From Phoronis australis (taxonomy: Eukaryota; Animalia; Phoronida): a DNA stretch of 64,000 bases. The translations under genes and the position numbers were made by a program. The stretch spans positions 739,391 through 803,390 of the forward strand of contig NMRA01000063.1 in assembly GCA_002633005.1 (NCBI GenBank). The letters are read 5' to 3'. Below, in pieces: positions 1 to 11,700 of the stretch. Each line of letters starts with the position of its first letter. Positions within the stretch are counted from its first letter, which is position 1. The notes beneath the pieces were generated by a model. That model worked only from the letters and a program-made list of their open reading frames with translations, was not told where the DNA came from and searched no databases.

Positions 1-498
1 GTCCACCCCTCTATCAACCAAACCATTCTAAGGATGATTTTGAAAATTGGCGTATATGTTCTCAGTGTGAAGAGGACAGTTGACGATGACTTTGACTACT
101 GTGGCACCTCCTAGTGGTGGTTTTGTTTTGTTTTGTTTTGCACCCATATCTGTATCTCCTAAACCCACTGCAGGGTCTTTATTAAATTTAGTAAGTGTAT
201 TTATAAGAAGCTAGCAATAGACAATGACTTACTGACGGACACTCTGCCCCCCCCCCAGAGGCAATTTCATTTTTTTCCGTTTTCCTTTGTTTCTCTGAAG
301 TTCTGTGTTAGATTTTTATGAATTTTTTATTTAGTATATAGCTTTCTATTGAAGAAGCGATGGCATGTTCCGTTTTCAGATGAATTGGACATTTTGCACC
401 ATCTAGTGGCCATTTTTATGTTTCAAATATACAACTCTTGAAGTACACTATTTGCGGTGCATTCGTGAGCGCATTTCAAGGCTCCGCGTTGCTCTTGT
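1..498 (-). repeat. Copy of complex interspersed repeat with ~145-bp subunits (5' end AACAAGAGCAACGCGGAGC), in a SIRT7 intron
   Basis: Reverse complement aligns by eye with 57466-57962 over its whole length; it runs off the window start. Confidence 0.85.
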
Positions 499-691
499 TT
501 AAATGGGTTTTAGATAACTTTTAATGTATTCTTAAGTGTTGACTGACTAATTACTGTTCTTTTGTTAATTTGTCATATGTTGTCGAAGCACATGTTGTGT
601 CATTATTATGTTTGATATCATCCTCATAACATAACATTCATTGTTGGTAAGAGTTCTTTTATTTTATTGTCCTCTGCCTAATCTTGAACAG

Positions 692-812
692 GTGCTAAAG
701 AAGTATCCGTGCTTGTGGAACATGGATAAACCGGTGAAAAAACGACCCAAGTTATTTATCATCAACCTTCAGTGGACACCTAAAGATGATGTGGCATTGC
801 TCAAAATAAATG
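692..812 (+). CDS. SIRT7: NAD-dependent deacylase sirtuin-7, internal coding exon (gene begins upstream of window)
   Basis: cag|GTG acceptor and G|gtacac donor; encodes VLKKYPCLWNMDKPVKKRPKLFIINLQWTPKDDVALLKING, which matches the SIRT7-specific VLKKYPxLW...PKLYIVNLQWTPKDD segment. Confidence 0.93.
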
Positions 813-813
813 G

Positions 814-1470
814 TACACCATTTATAATTTTCAACTTTGTTGCGTTGCTAGTCTCTTTGATTTATCAGGTTATGATTATGTTGAAGTTGGATAATGTTTT
901 AATTGTTACACCATTTATAATTTTCAACTTTGTTGTGTTGCTAGTCTCTTTGATTTATCAGGTTATGATTATGTTGAAGTTGGATAATGTTTTAATTGTT
1001 ACACCATTTATAATTTTCAACTTTGTTGCGTTGCTAGTCTCTTTGATTTATCAGGTTATGATTATGTTGAAGTTGGATAATGTTTTAATTGTTACACCAT
1101 TTATAATTTTCAACTTTGTTGTGTTGCTAGTCTCTTTGATTTATCAGGTTATGATTATGTTGAAGTTGGATAATGTTTTAATTGTTACACCATTTATAAT
1201 TTTCAACTTTGTTGCGTTGCTAGTCTCTTTGATTTATCAGGTTATGATTATGTTGAAGTTGGATAATGTTTTAATTGTTACACCATTTATAATTTTCAAC
1301 TTTGTTGTGTTGCTAGTCTCTTTGATTTATCAGGTTATGATTATGTTGAAGTTGGATAATGTTTTAATTGTTACACCATTTATAATTTTCAACTTTGTTG
1401 CGTTGCTAGTCTCTTTGATTTATCAGGTTATGATTATGTTGAAGTTGGATAATGTTTTAATTGTTACACC
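814..1470. repeat. 93-bp tandem repeat, 7 copies with strictly alternating variants (186-bp dimer)
   Basis: Unit tacaccatttataattttcaactttgttg(c/t)gttgctag...aattgt; the gcg/gtg variants alternate; starts at the SIRT7 splice donor. Confidence 0.95.
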
Positions 1471-1487
1471 TGAGAATTGACTGTTCT

Positions 1488-1875
1488 CAACTTGTCCCTA
1501 CAAGTTATGGTTAGAGCAAAGTGCACTAAAAGGAGAAAGTACTTTTTGGTGTCTCATCTCAACAAACTTGTCCCTACAAGTTATGGTTAGAGCAAAGTGC
1601 ACTAAAAGGAGAAAGTACTTTTTGGTGTCTCATTTCAACAAACTTGTCCCTACAAGTTATGGTTAGAGCAAAGTGCACTAAAAGGAGAAAGTACTTTTTG
1701 GTGTCTCATTTCAACAAACTTGTCCCTACAAGTTATGGTTAGAGCAAAGTGCACTAAAAGGAGAAAGTACTTTTTGGTGTCTCATTTCAACAAACTTGTC
1801 CCTACAAGTTATGGTTAGAGCAAAGTGCACTAAAAGGAGAAAGTACTTTTTGGTGTCTCATCTCAACAAACTTGT
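1488..1875. repeat. 76-bp tandem repeat, ~5 copies
   Basis: Unit aacttgtccctacaagttatggttagagcaaagtgcac...ctcatYtcaaca. Confidence 0.95.
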
Positions 1876-2325
1876 TCGCTATTTTTGTACTGTGATACAG
1901 AAACTTATGACTCTCACAATTTCAGATTTGTAAATTTTCATTTATGTAAGAAAATATATGTATTTAAAGTAAAAAATTTTAGTCTGTATGTCCAGTCCTA
2001 ATGTAGTCCATTTGCTCCTAAAGCCTTCATGCGTGGGTCAGTTTAGAAATAGTTGCAATGCATAGCCAATAAGAAACATCACCAGGGAATTCATTTCAAG
2101 AAAGGTGCGAGTCACATATCAAAATAAACCTTGGTAGATAAATTTGTGAAAAACTTCAGACCAAAACTAAATTAGCTATCTTGGCCTCTACTGTCATTTA
2201 GTTGAATGCTGATGTTATGTTGGGATAGAAAGGCTCCCTATTGGACACTCATCAAACTAAATTTGCCATTGAAGAACCCTCAATAGCAATGAAGTGAGGT
2301 GCTTGATTAATCTTTTTGTGTTTAG

Positions 2326-2392
2326 GAAAATGTGACCAAGTGCTGTATAAAGTGATGTGCAATTTAAACTTGGAAGCTCCTCCATACAACAA
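2326..2392 (+). CDS. SIRT7: Sirtuin-7, penultimate coding exon
   Basis: tttag|GA...AA|gtaagt; encodes (G)KCDQVLYKVMCNLNLEAPPYN(K), matching SIRT7 GKCDDVM...L.IP.Y; phases 1 and 2 fit both neighbours. Confidence 0.92.
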
Positions 2393-2429
2393 GTAAGTTA
2401 AATTACGTGCTTCAGGGGGTGGGCCCCTG

Positions 2430-2895
2430 TTATTTTGTCATAACTATGCCCAAGCGTGTGCACCTTCCAATTCTTGTCATGATGATGCCCTTGTAGTGTG
2501 CACCCTTCCATTCTTGTCATAACTATGCCCCAGTCGGGTGCACCTTTCAGTTGTTGTCATAATTATGCCTTGGTACTATGCACCCTTCCATTCTTGTCAT
2601 AACTATGCCCCGGTCGGGTGCACCGTTCAATTTTTGTCATAACTAGGCCCTGGTAGTATGCAATCACCCATTCTTGTCAACAGTATGCCCGGTTGCGTTT
2701 ACCTTTCAATTCTTGTCATAACAATGCCCTGGTGGCATGCAACTTGCCATTCTTGTTGTAAGTATGCCCCGGTTGCATTTACTTTCCAAGTCTTGTCATA
2801 ACTATGCCCTGGTGGTGTGCAACCCTCCATTTTTGTTATAACTATGCCCTCGTAGCTTACAATGTCCCATTCTTGTCATAACCGTGCCCTGGTAG
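2430..2895. repeat. Degenerate 40-bp minisatellite, ~11-12 copies
   Basis: ttcttgtcataactatgccc...gtgcacc recurs with a 40-bp period. Confidence 0.9.
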
Positions 2896-3491
2896 CGGTT
2901 GTTTGAGTTCAATGCTCCACTGAGTTGTTTATCCAGCAGCTTGTTTCCTTTTGTACTTTCAATGGTACTCTGTGTAACTTAAGGGAGCTAAAAATCTACT
3001 TTCGGTCAAAAACATACTTTTGATGTGGGCTACTTAAAATACTAAAACTTGTATCAGCTCATATTTTGTCTTGAATTAGAAATTATCTCTGGAATAACTA
3101 AATGTTTGATGGTGCTTGAGGTCAGGCTGAAAAAGATGGCTTGAACCTGCTGCTTGTTTTTTTTTTCTGAGTGTGGTTTCAAGCAAACAAATTATCTGTT
3201 TTTCCAAATCCTAGAAGAAAATTTTAATTTTAGTGAGGAAAATGTTAAAACCAGTTTTATTACAATGTTTGAGTGCAACGAAAAGTAGTTTTTCACAGAA
3301 GATGGATTTGTAGAACCTTTGAAATTGTAACAAGTCTACTTTGGTTATTAATGTTTTGGCATGTTATTTTACTAAGGGATGTTTTGCTTTATGTTTCACA
3401 GTGTTAAAGTGCAACAAATATGTCATTATCATGTTTCACAACACCTGTGCAGTTTTGGAAGTTTTTAAGTGAGCATATTTTGATTTTACAG

Positions 3492-4503
3492 ACATGAGGA
3501 TCCTTTATTTGTGTTTTCCTCTGCCTTGAAACAAGAAGAAGAGGACACGACTACAAAAGTGTCACTTGTGAAACCAGTTGTAAAGAGCAGCTGTGAAGAC
3601 ACACGTCAGATATCCATTCGCAGTCTGCTGGGAGTTAATCAAGATCAGGAGAAAATGAACTCGACCTCCAACAGTGTGCATTCAGGGGGAGGCATGAAAA
3701 CAAAGCACTTTAACCTCTGTGACCTCATCAATTTCGCAATCATCAAGACATTTAAAAGTGAAGTTGACAAAGAGAAGCCAAATACTTTGGGTAATGCATC
3801 AGAGAGCAAGAAGTCGGTGTTAGAAGCAATATCTCGGTGTGAAGCTGAGGAGGCTAGGTTGGACCAGACCAAGGTGAGTGTGAATAAAGGACTGTCGAGC
3901 AGGCCAATGACACAGTATGTGCGAAACACTACTAACAGTGAGGGGTGGAGAGACTTCTCAAACAGCTATCAACTTGCAGCCATGTCTAGTAGGCCTCACG
4001 CTCCTCATGTTTCATTAAGCAGCTTCACTAGTATGCCTGGTCACATAGCCATGACAAACTCGATGATGTACTCTGAACACCTGCGTCACATGCAACGACT
4101 TGGCTCCAATGTTCCAGAGAATACACAAAGTACTGCGCCCATGCAAGACGAACCACTCAACTTGTCATTTAAACCCCAGAAAATCATACATATAGATGAA
4201 CGGGAGAATCTTGGTTCGTTTAACATGAACAGTAACGGTGCTCTTGCAATGTCCAACCAACATAGCCAACCACTGAACAGTGACAAGGCCTCAAGTGTGC
4301 GGTCAGACAATAGGAATACTATGACAAGTATGTGGTCAAGCAATAGGATTATTAGCGAGTGCGGTACCACTAGTTCACCTCACTTGAGTAAAGAAACTAC
4401 TAGTAGTGAGCCAGTGGAAGGCAAACGCCCCAACTCCATTCCTGGTTGGTATGGAAAGGGGTTTAACCCAAAGAAACACAAAAGGAAAAAGTCATTCACT
4501 TGA
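3492..4503 (+). CDS. SIRT7: Sirtuin-7, last coding exon with a long low-complexity insertion
   Basis: ttttacag| acceptor in phase 2; begins (K)HEDPLFVFSSALKQEEE and ends PGWYGKGFNPKKHKRKKSFT*, the SIRT7 C-terminal GW(F/Y)G(R/K)G plus basic tail. Confidence 0.9.
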
Positions 4504-4972
4504 TATATAGGTGCGTAGCTAGGATATGGTGTTACACCATGGTTGAGCAGATCTGATGCACTGTGCACAACTCAAGGTTAATATGTCTGCAATTGTCATT
4601 GAAATTATCCCACGTAGTTATTTTTCACAGTTGCAATTTTCCATTTTAAGGGCTGATAACATTGTACATTGTTGAAGTTGAGTTTTGTTTTATGATATCA
4701 GTTCATGAAAGTATCAATCATGCTAACAGGCATGTAAGATGTTATTTGTCGACAAACTAACACAATTCCTCCATTCAACTTGATTGTCATTAAAATGCCA
4801 CTCTTGGGTATAATGCTTTTCTTTGCTTTCTAGGTTGACTTTGCATATTGTAAAGCAAATTTTCTGCAATGAACATTTAAAAACAAGATAATAAGTGGTT
4901 TATGGACATAGAAATAATTGATAGTTTGCTAATACTTGAGATCATGGTAGACGCATAGAATGAGTGACTGTC

Positions 4973-5362
4973 ACAAGCCAACTTGTTGAGTCTGCTGTTC
5001 AGCAGTAACAAGCCAACTTGTTGAGTCTGGTGTTTAGCAGTAACAAGCCAACTTGTTGAGTCTGCTGTTTAGCAGTAACAAGCCAACTTGTTAAGTATGG
5101 TGTTTAGCAGTAACAAGCCAACTTGTTGAGTCTGCTGTTCAGCAGTAACAAGCCAACTTGTTGAGTCTGCTGTTTAGCAGTAACAAGCCAACTTGTTGAG
5201 TCTGCTGTTTAGCAGTAACAAGCCAACTTGTTGAGTCTGCTGTTTAGCAGTAACAAGCCAACTTGTTGAGTCTGGTGTTTAGCAGTAACAAGCCAACATG
5301 TTGAGCCTGCTGTTTAGCAGTAACAAGCCAACTTGTTGAGTCTGGTGTTTAGCAGTAACAAC
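4973..5362. repeat. 35-bp tandem repeat, ~11 copies, in the probable SIRT7 3' UTR
   Basis: Unit acaagccaacttgttgagtctgctgtttagcagta. Confidence 0.95.
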
Positions 5363-5644
5363 AAGTCCAGTCATTCTAAACCTACCAATGATCTAAAATT
5401 TTAATAACAAACATATATAGACCAATTTCAAGTAAGGTAAATAATTTAATTTGATAGTTAATTCTTTTGACGGAAGGTCACTTTATATCACTATAAATTT
5501 CGAACTCCAAGGTGTGCTTAATCTATCACGGCACCTTGAAACCATCAAGTTAACTGGAAATTAATATATATATACTCCTTATTTTAACAGGGATGCAAGG
5601 AACTGTGATTTGGTAAAAGAACTGGAACAAATGATATAATTAAG

Positions 5645-5906
5645 CATGCGCGCACCCAGCCTAGAAAGTGAGGGGCGCGAATTATTGGGAATGTGGACCT
5701 TTTTGCTAAAAAATGAAAAAATTAAAAAATCAGGTTCCGTTCACAACTGTGAATTGTGCATTCGCGAAATTTAGGTAGTTCCTGCCTTTTCAGTGGACTT
5801 TTGTCTCGTTTTCTACTTTTTTCAGAGTTTTTGTTTCTCCAAGGTGCACCTTTTTGCCCACTTCATCAAATAGAGGGGGTGGGGCTTGCCGCTGGGTGAG
5901 CGCATG
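5645..5906. mobile_element. Non-autonomous TIR element (hAT-like MITE) with 6-bp TSD
   Basis: TIR CATGCGCGCACCCAGC ... GCTGGGTGAGCGCATG; ATTAAG on both flanks; related inverted copy at 32930-33186. Confidence 0.8.
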
Positions 5907-6894
5907 ATTAAGTAGTCCGACATTTGGCATTGCTGTATTTTAAAGTACAATTTTCTCATTACCACTCGACTGTAACTTTTTAACACAGCATACTACATAG
6001 GATTATGTACAACATACTATAAGGATTATATCATCTTGTTTGGCTGGGCAAAAACAAAATGTTGACTTGTTAGCAGAATCACTTTGAGATTTGTAACGTT
6101 GTAACAATAATACCCTCTTGAATTATTACTGAATTAGTCAACTCAAACCACAGCTTATTTACATGCGCTATTGTGCAATTTGCAATTTTATGTTTGGCCA
6201 ACACTAATGAATTCTAAAGTGTATTCTTGAGTTGCTGATGATTATGATATTCTTGTTGATAACAGAAATAGTAAGGAATATTATGAGAATGCCATGGTTT
6301 TATGAGAGTTAAAGGCTCATTCCATGTTTGTTTTGTAGGCAGTTGAACAGGGTGAAGTACAGTGTTAAGTGTTTTGACAAAATCAAATCTTTGACTTTTC
6401 GGGAGACAATCTTACAGCCTTAAATTAATTGATTGATGTAAAAGTGCATATGAATTATTATTTATGAGAAGGATGTGATTACCATGGTTATCCAGTGTTG
6501 TGTGAATATTTCAATGTCATGGCAAGCACTACTGTTATTACTTGTTTGTATTTGATTTTGAAGTATTTTAGGCTTAAAAATTGCTTTTACTTACCATAAG
6601 TTTCTTCTGATTAGCTCTGTTAGTTGCTAGGCAACAGGATGGAATCCTGGTGCCATTCCCCATTTGAATAAACTATTTTATATAACCTGTCCAAAACCTT
6701 TCTCTTTTAGTGTGCCTAACCATGGTAATGTTTAGCAGAATCTAAAGGGCAATGCTATTTGAACATCATCTACGCTAAGCAAAGTGCAGTTGTATTCATT
6801 GACATTTTGCAAATGTGAAAAGAAAAAATTCTGCAAATAGGTGACCTTTGCGCTAATGACGCACGCACACCCACCCACCCACCCACCCACCCAC

Positions 6895-7404
6895 NNNNNN
6901 NNNNNNNNNNNNNNNNNNNNNNNNNNNNNNNNNNNNNNNNNNNNNNNNNNNNNNNNNNNNNNNNNNNNNNNNNNNNNNNNNNNNNNNNNNNNNNNNNNNN
7001 NNNNNNNNNNNNNNNNNNNNNNNNNNNNNNNNNNNNNNNNNNNNNNNNNNNNNNNNNNNNNNNNNNNNNNNNNNNNNNNNNNNNNNNNNNNNNNNNNNNN
7101 NNNNNNNNNNNNNNNNNNNNNNNNNNNNNNNNNNNNNNNNNNNNNNNNNNNNNNNNNNNNNNNNNNNNNNNNNNNNNNNNNNNNNNNNNNNNNNNNNNNN
7201 NNNNNNNNNNNNNNNNNNNNNNNNNNNNNNNNNNNNNNNNNNNNNNNNNNNNNNNNNNNNNNNNNNNNNNNNNNNNNNNNNNNNNNNNNNNNNNNNNNNN
7301 NNNNNNNNNNNNNNNNNNNNNNNNNNNNNNNNNNNNNNNNNNNNNNNNNNNNNNNNNNNNNNNNNNNNNNNNNNNNNNNNNNNNNNNNNNNNNNNNNNNN
7401 NNNN
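6895..7404. other. Assembly gap (N run) preceded by a (CCCA)n microsatellite
   Basis: 510 N. Confidence 0.99.
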
Positions 7405-7526
7405 CCGGCAACTGGACGCAGAGTACGTCTACATATTCGGAAAAACGGCACACGGTTTCTTCACGATTTCCATTACCCACCGGCGGCTATTAGAAACCCC
7501 GGCACCAAAAAAAAAAAACAAAAAAC

Positions 7527-7989
7527 TTTTGAATCAATTTAGATCGAGTATTTCCACTCGATAACAGCAAGTTCAGTTGTTTTACCTGACTATGACGTAA
7601 TCGGTTCGAACGCAGTTTGTTCAGCCGTTCACAACACGCTTACTGGTGGCAACTTATCGCTTGAATGCATCGTTTTCCACCAATAAATCATCAAATTTCG
7701 AAGTACAACCCTTACAAATACGTCGAGTTCTTGAAAAAACCTGTTGTTTTATTTCATTGTTACGGATTTATAGGTATTCGAAGGTACGGTAGCCTACAGA
7801 GTTCGGTCAAGGTGTGTATACTCCTAGGTTTGGTTAGCCAATTTATCATGGTAGATCGCTGGAGTTTGGGTCTGTTTGGTGATAAATTCGAATCATTCTT
7901 CCGTGAAATACAGACATGAAAGATTGCTGTGTGTTGTACTTTTGGACTTGCGATTTTTTCAGTTCTAAACACAAAACGCTTGTTATCCA
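7527..7989 (+). repeat. Left arm of a diverged ~460-bp inverted repeat (partner 22015-22477)
   Basis: Collinear reverse-complement blocks such as tcaatttagatcgagta..ctcgataac, cttatcgcttgaat, caataaatcatcaaa, tgttttatttcaYtgttacggattta, gtagcctaca, gataaattcgaat, gaaatacagaca and aaacgcttgttatcca. Confidence 0.85.
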
Positions 7990-8706
7990 ATTGCTCACTT
8001 CACGCTGGTACTTTGCTCCAGTTCCACGATATGGCGATAAAGATAAGGCATTTCCTGAAATATTTTCCTCTGATTTATTACCTAAATGGGTACTGTTGCT
8101 GAAGTTTGAGGTACACTCGCTATGAGTCATCGTTAACTTCAGTAGCGGAGTGTTGGCTGCGGGAGATGCGACGTACCTCACACACTTATGATTACGCATT
8201 AAATACCATTCGTCATATGCAACGAACAGGTAAAATTTGGGCAATAAAAAATCAAGTTTGTATAAAAAGAATCAAAATGGGAATCAAAAACAACCAAACA
8301 AAGTAGCAACGCGTTTACGCTCACATTGATGTCGATACGTTTTCAAGGACATTACCGTCATTCAGGAACTCAGGTCACGAAAATAGACGGGAATAGTCGA
8401 TGAATTTTTGATCTCGGCCGAGGTATAAAAGGTAGCAAAAAAGGCTTTTAGTTTGATAACAGAAAGGATGTGAACATTATGGCATGTTGCATATTACTTA
8501 ATTTGGTATGTATTTTTAAGTTTTTGAACTAGATTGCCCTTTGATAAAATGACTTCAAGTCACTTTTCATGAGACACACACACACCAGACCTCACATTAT
8601 CAGTGTGGTCATATGCCAATGAGCTAAAATGCAAACTTAATCCAAGTTCGGAACTAAGTGAACTAAGAATTACAATGTCAACAATATATTAAGATTCATG
8701 ACGTTC

Positions 8707-11700
8707 CTAATTTGGGGAAATACAAGAGAACGAGTTCTGGGACTTGATCCGCTTAGGTGATAAATTAGGGTGTTCATATTTTGATTCAAATGAAGCGGTG
8801 CTGCTTTTGGGTGTAACAATTCTCCTTTGTGGCTGAATTAGGCTTCTGCTGGTCCCAGCAGAACACACTGTGCTTGCGCTTTTACTGCGTCTCGTCATGG
8901 TTTCGCCCTTATTCTGTTTGTGGACTGTTTCCTTCAAAAACAGTTTTTGTAATGACGACATCTCTTTAGGGTCCCGTTTAGGAGCGCTTTCGACATATGC
9001 TTTACAAAATCGTTGAAAATACGATTTCGATAACTTGCTGTTCAACTCCGTATGTACACCACTTGCTGTAATGGGTTGCATCCCTACCTTATTTTTATAT
9101 CTAGGAAATTTGAAAAGTGTACACGCCTTCTTCCATCTTTCTTTTGGACATCGCGACTCTGCAGGTGCTTCACAATTCCTTTCATTAATAGTTTTCAAAC
9201 AATCGTTTGCACACTTGATGAACCTTCTGTCAATATTCACGACTCCAAACCTTTCAGCTCCTAAACGGGGCTCGCATTTTTCAAGAGCTTCTTTTAAATC
9301 ACTTTCACGGCGAGATACAATTGCTTTCGTCAACTCATCTTTGATTGACTTCACTGCATCTGAGGTATCTTTATTACTTTCGTCAATCACTTGCTCTGCT
9401 CTAGCGATGATTTCCGTGTCCATGACGATCATGTTACGAAGACAATACATTCTGTAATTCAGGAGAGCTAGCCTGGAGGTGCATTCCTCCCCAACGTCTA
9501 TAGCAATTCGTAACTTTGTTTTTAGCTCCGCAGCTTCTCGTTTAGCTCTTGAAGCTCGTTCATTGGCTTGACTCAGAGTCTCCAAAGAAGTTTCAGCAGC
9601 AATGACGTACTTCCTGTCGATAGGAATATTTCCTACGAGATTCTTTGAATATTCTTCGTAACTACTTATAGCTTGTTTAATTTCGCTTTCATTACGCGAC
9701 ATGATTGCCTTAATAAATCCGTTCTTTATGATCTCCACAGTGGTCGACACCCCGCTATTCCATTTTCTAATTTCTCGTTCTGCACGTGTTACGATAACGT
9801 GGTCTAGCAGCACATCTTGTTCTTGACACAGAGTTACATATCTTGCCAAAGCGAGATGAACCGAAAATTCATCTTTAGACTTGATTGCAGCAAGCAACTC
9901 TTGCCTTTGAAGATGTGTCTCCTTCGAAGATTTCAAGGAGCTTTTTCCAGCGTTCCTCAGCGCTTGTTTTGCAGCGTTTACAAATTTCTTATCAATAAAA
10001 AATCTGTTTTTGTCTTTCGAAAGCTTTTCATATTTTTCCAATGCGGTGGCAATAAAATCAGCATTCTGAGATAAAATGGCCTGCAGTAATTGACTTTTCA
10101 TTGATTCTTCCTCAACAGAGTAAGTTGCGCTCCACTCACTAATGTGTTTCTCTGCCACTGCAACGGTAGCTCGGTCAACAACAACGTCATGCTTGTGCCG
10201 CTCACTGTAGTCTATGTATCTGAGCAGGTTTAGTCTGACGCCAAACTCGTCCTTTGACCGAATTGCTTTCATTAGCTCTTGGTTAAGTTCGCCAGCTTCT
10301 CGCACGTGTCTGTCAGACGCTTTCTTAACCCTCTTAAGTGCACTATTTGCGCCTTTAGCGAATTTTTTATCGATAGAAAACTGAGCGTGGTGCTCCTTTT
10401 TTAGTTCTTCATACTTCCCTAGACACTTGTACAGATTTGTTTCGTTTTGGGACACGATTGAAGCAGTCATTTCGTCCTTAATACGCTTCTCTGCTTCACT
10501 ACTCTTTTTGTTGTGGAAACTTATTTCTTGTTCTGCCATCGTAATCAACGCTTTATCCATAGGAATGGTTGAATGGTTATATCCAAATGTAGTGTAGTGC
10601 AGAAGTAACACTCTCACACGGTATTCGTCATTTGCTTCGACTGCTTTCTGTAATTTAATCTTGAGTTCCTTTGCTTCATTGAGAATGTCCGTAACATTCA
10701 CCAGTTCAATCTTGCTACGTACACTACACCTCTCGTGAAATTTATCAAAGGCAATTTTTCCCTTGCATTCAACAAATATTACTACGACAATTCCTGTAAC
10801 TACAAAAATTACACTTACAGGCAAGAGAATTAACTCAATAAGACCTAAAAACGTTAGTTCATAAGTCAGTGAAAATGTTTCCATGAGGTTGTTATCCGTT
10901 CCGTAAGCTGATGCAAAAGCCATCGCTTGGACAATGCAAGTGACATTTTGTGGGCGTATTTGGTTTTCACTAAAGTAGATTATCAAAGAACTTCTGCTAT
11001 TTTCGAACTTAACACCGTCACGTGCTTTTGTAATATTATTCCTTACACAATCAGCAATCGTAGAATCTTTACACCATGTAACGTGTGTGTATTCCAAGGG
11101 GTCAGATTCCGTGAAGCAGTGCAATGCAACGCGTTCACTGTTTTTTCCGATAGTGATTTCTCCTCCCGGCTGTGTTCCGTTCCTCCATCTAAAGGGAGTC
11201 ACAACCACAAGATAACCAGCAGATGTGAACAATAGTCCTTGGTTGTCATAAAGAGCACACTGAACCAAAGTTATGTTCTCGCTTCTTTGTACTTGAGACA
11301 GAATTAGCTTTTTATCAATCAATTTCGCAGTCTTTAGCGTTGACGCTTCCATATTATTCACAGACCACCTCCGAGTCATGCAGTGGGCTGACTTACTACT
11401 AGCCGAGCATTCAAATGTTACGTTGCTTCCCTCAGTAACAACCGTGTCCTTAGGACGTGCGTTGTCGTCGAGTACAAGGGGATGAAGTACACTTACGGAC
11501 ATGACAGCTCTACCAACGACCCTGCCTGAGACGGGGTCGACTCCCGTGCAAGTATAGCTGCCCTCGTGGCGTCTTTCAGTCATAAACACTTCAAACGTAG
11601 AGCCGCGACTTTTACCTAATTTCCCGTTGGTCGCCGGAAACGTGAACGGGACAGTCCAGTTGACTACAGGCAATGGTCTACCAACAAATATGCAGATTAG

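Noticed and set aside
641-1480. 279-aa ORF as a stand-alone multi-pass membrane protein
   Set aside because: It is a SIRT7 exon read through into an intronic tandem repeat; the canonical splice path to 2326 is in frame.
6732-7542. ORFs spanning the first N gap (and 21773-22046 at the second)
   Set aside because: Artefacts of translating N runs.
9180-10675. ITAM/ITIM motifs in the receptor tail (YKCL, YEEL, YEKL, YVTL)
   Set aside because: Spacing and -2 residues do not fit the consensus, and the tyrosines sit in the repeat's helical pattern.
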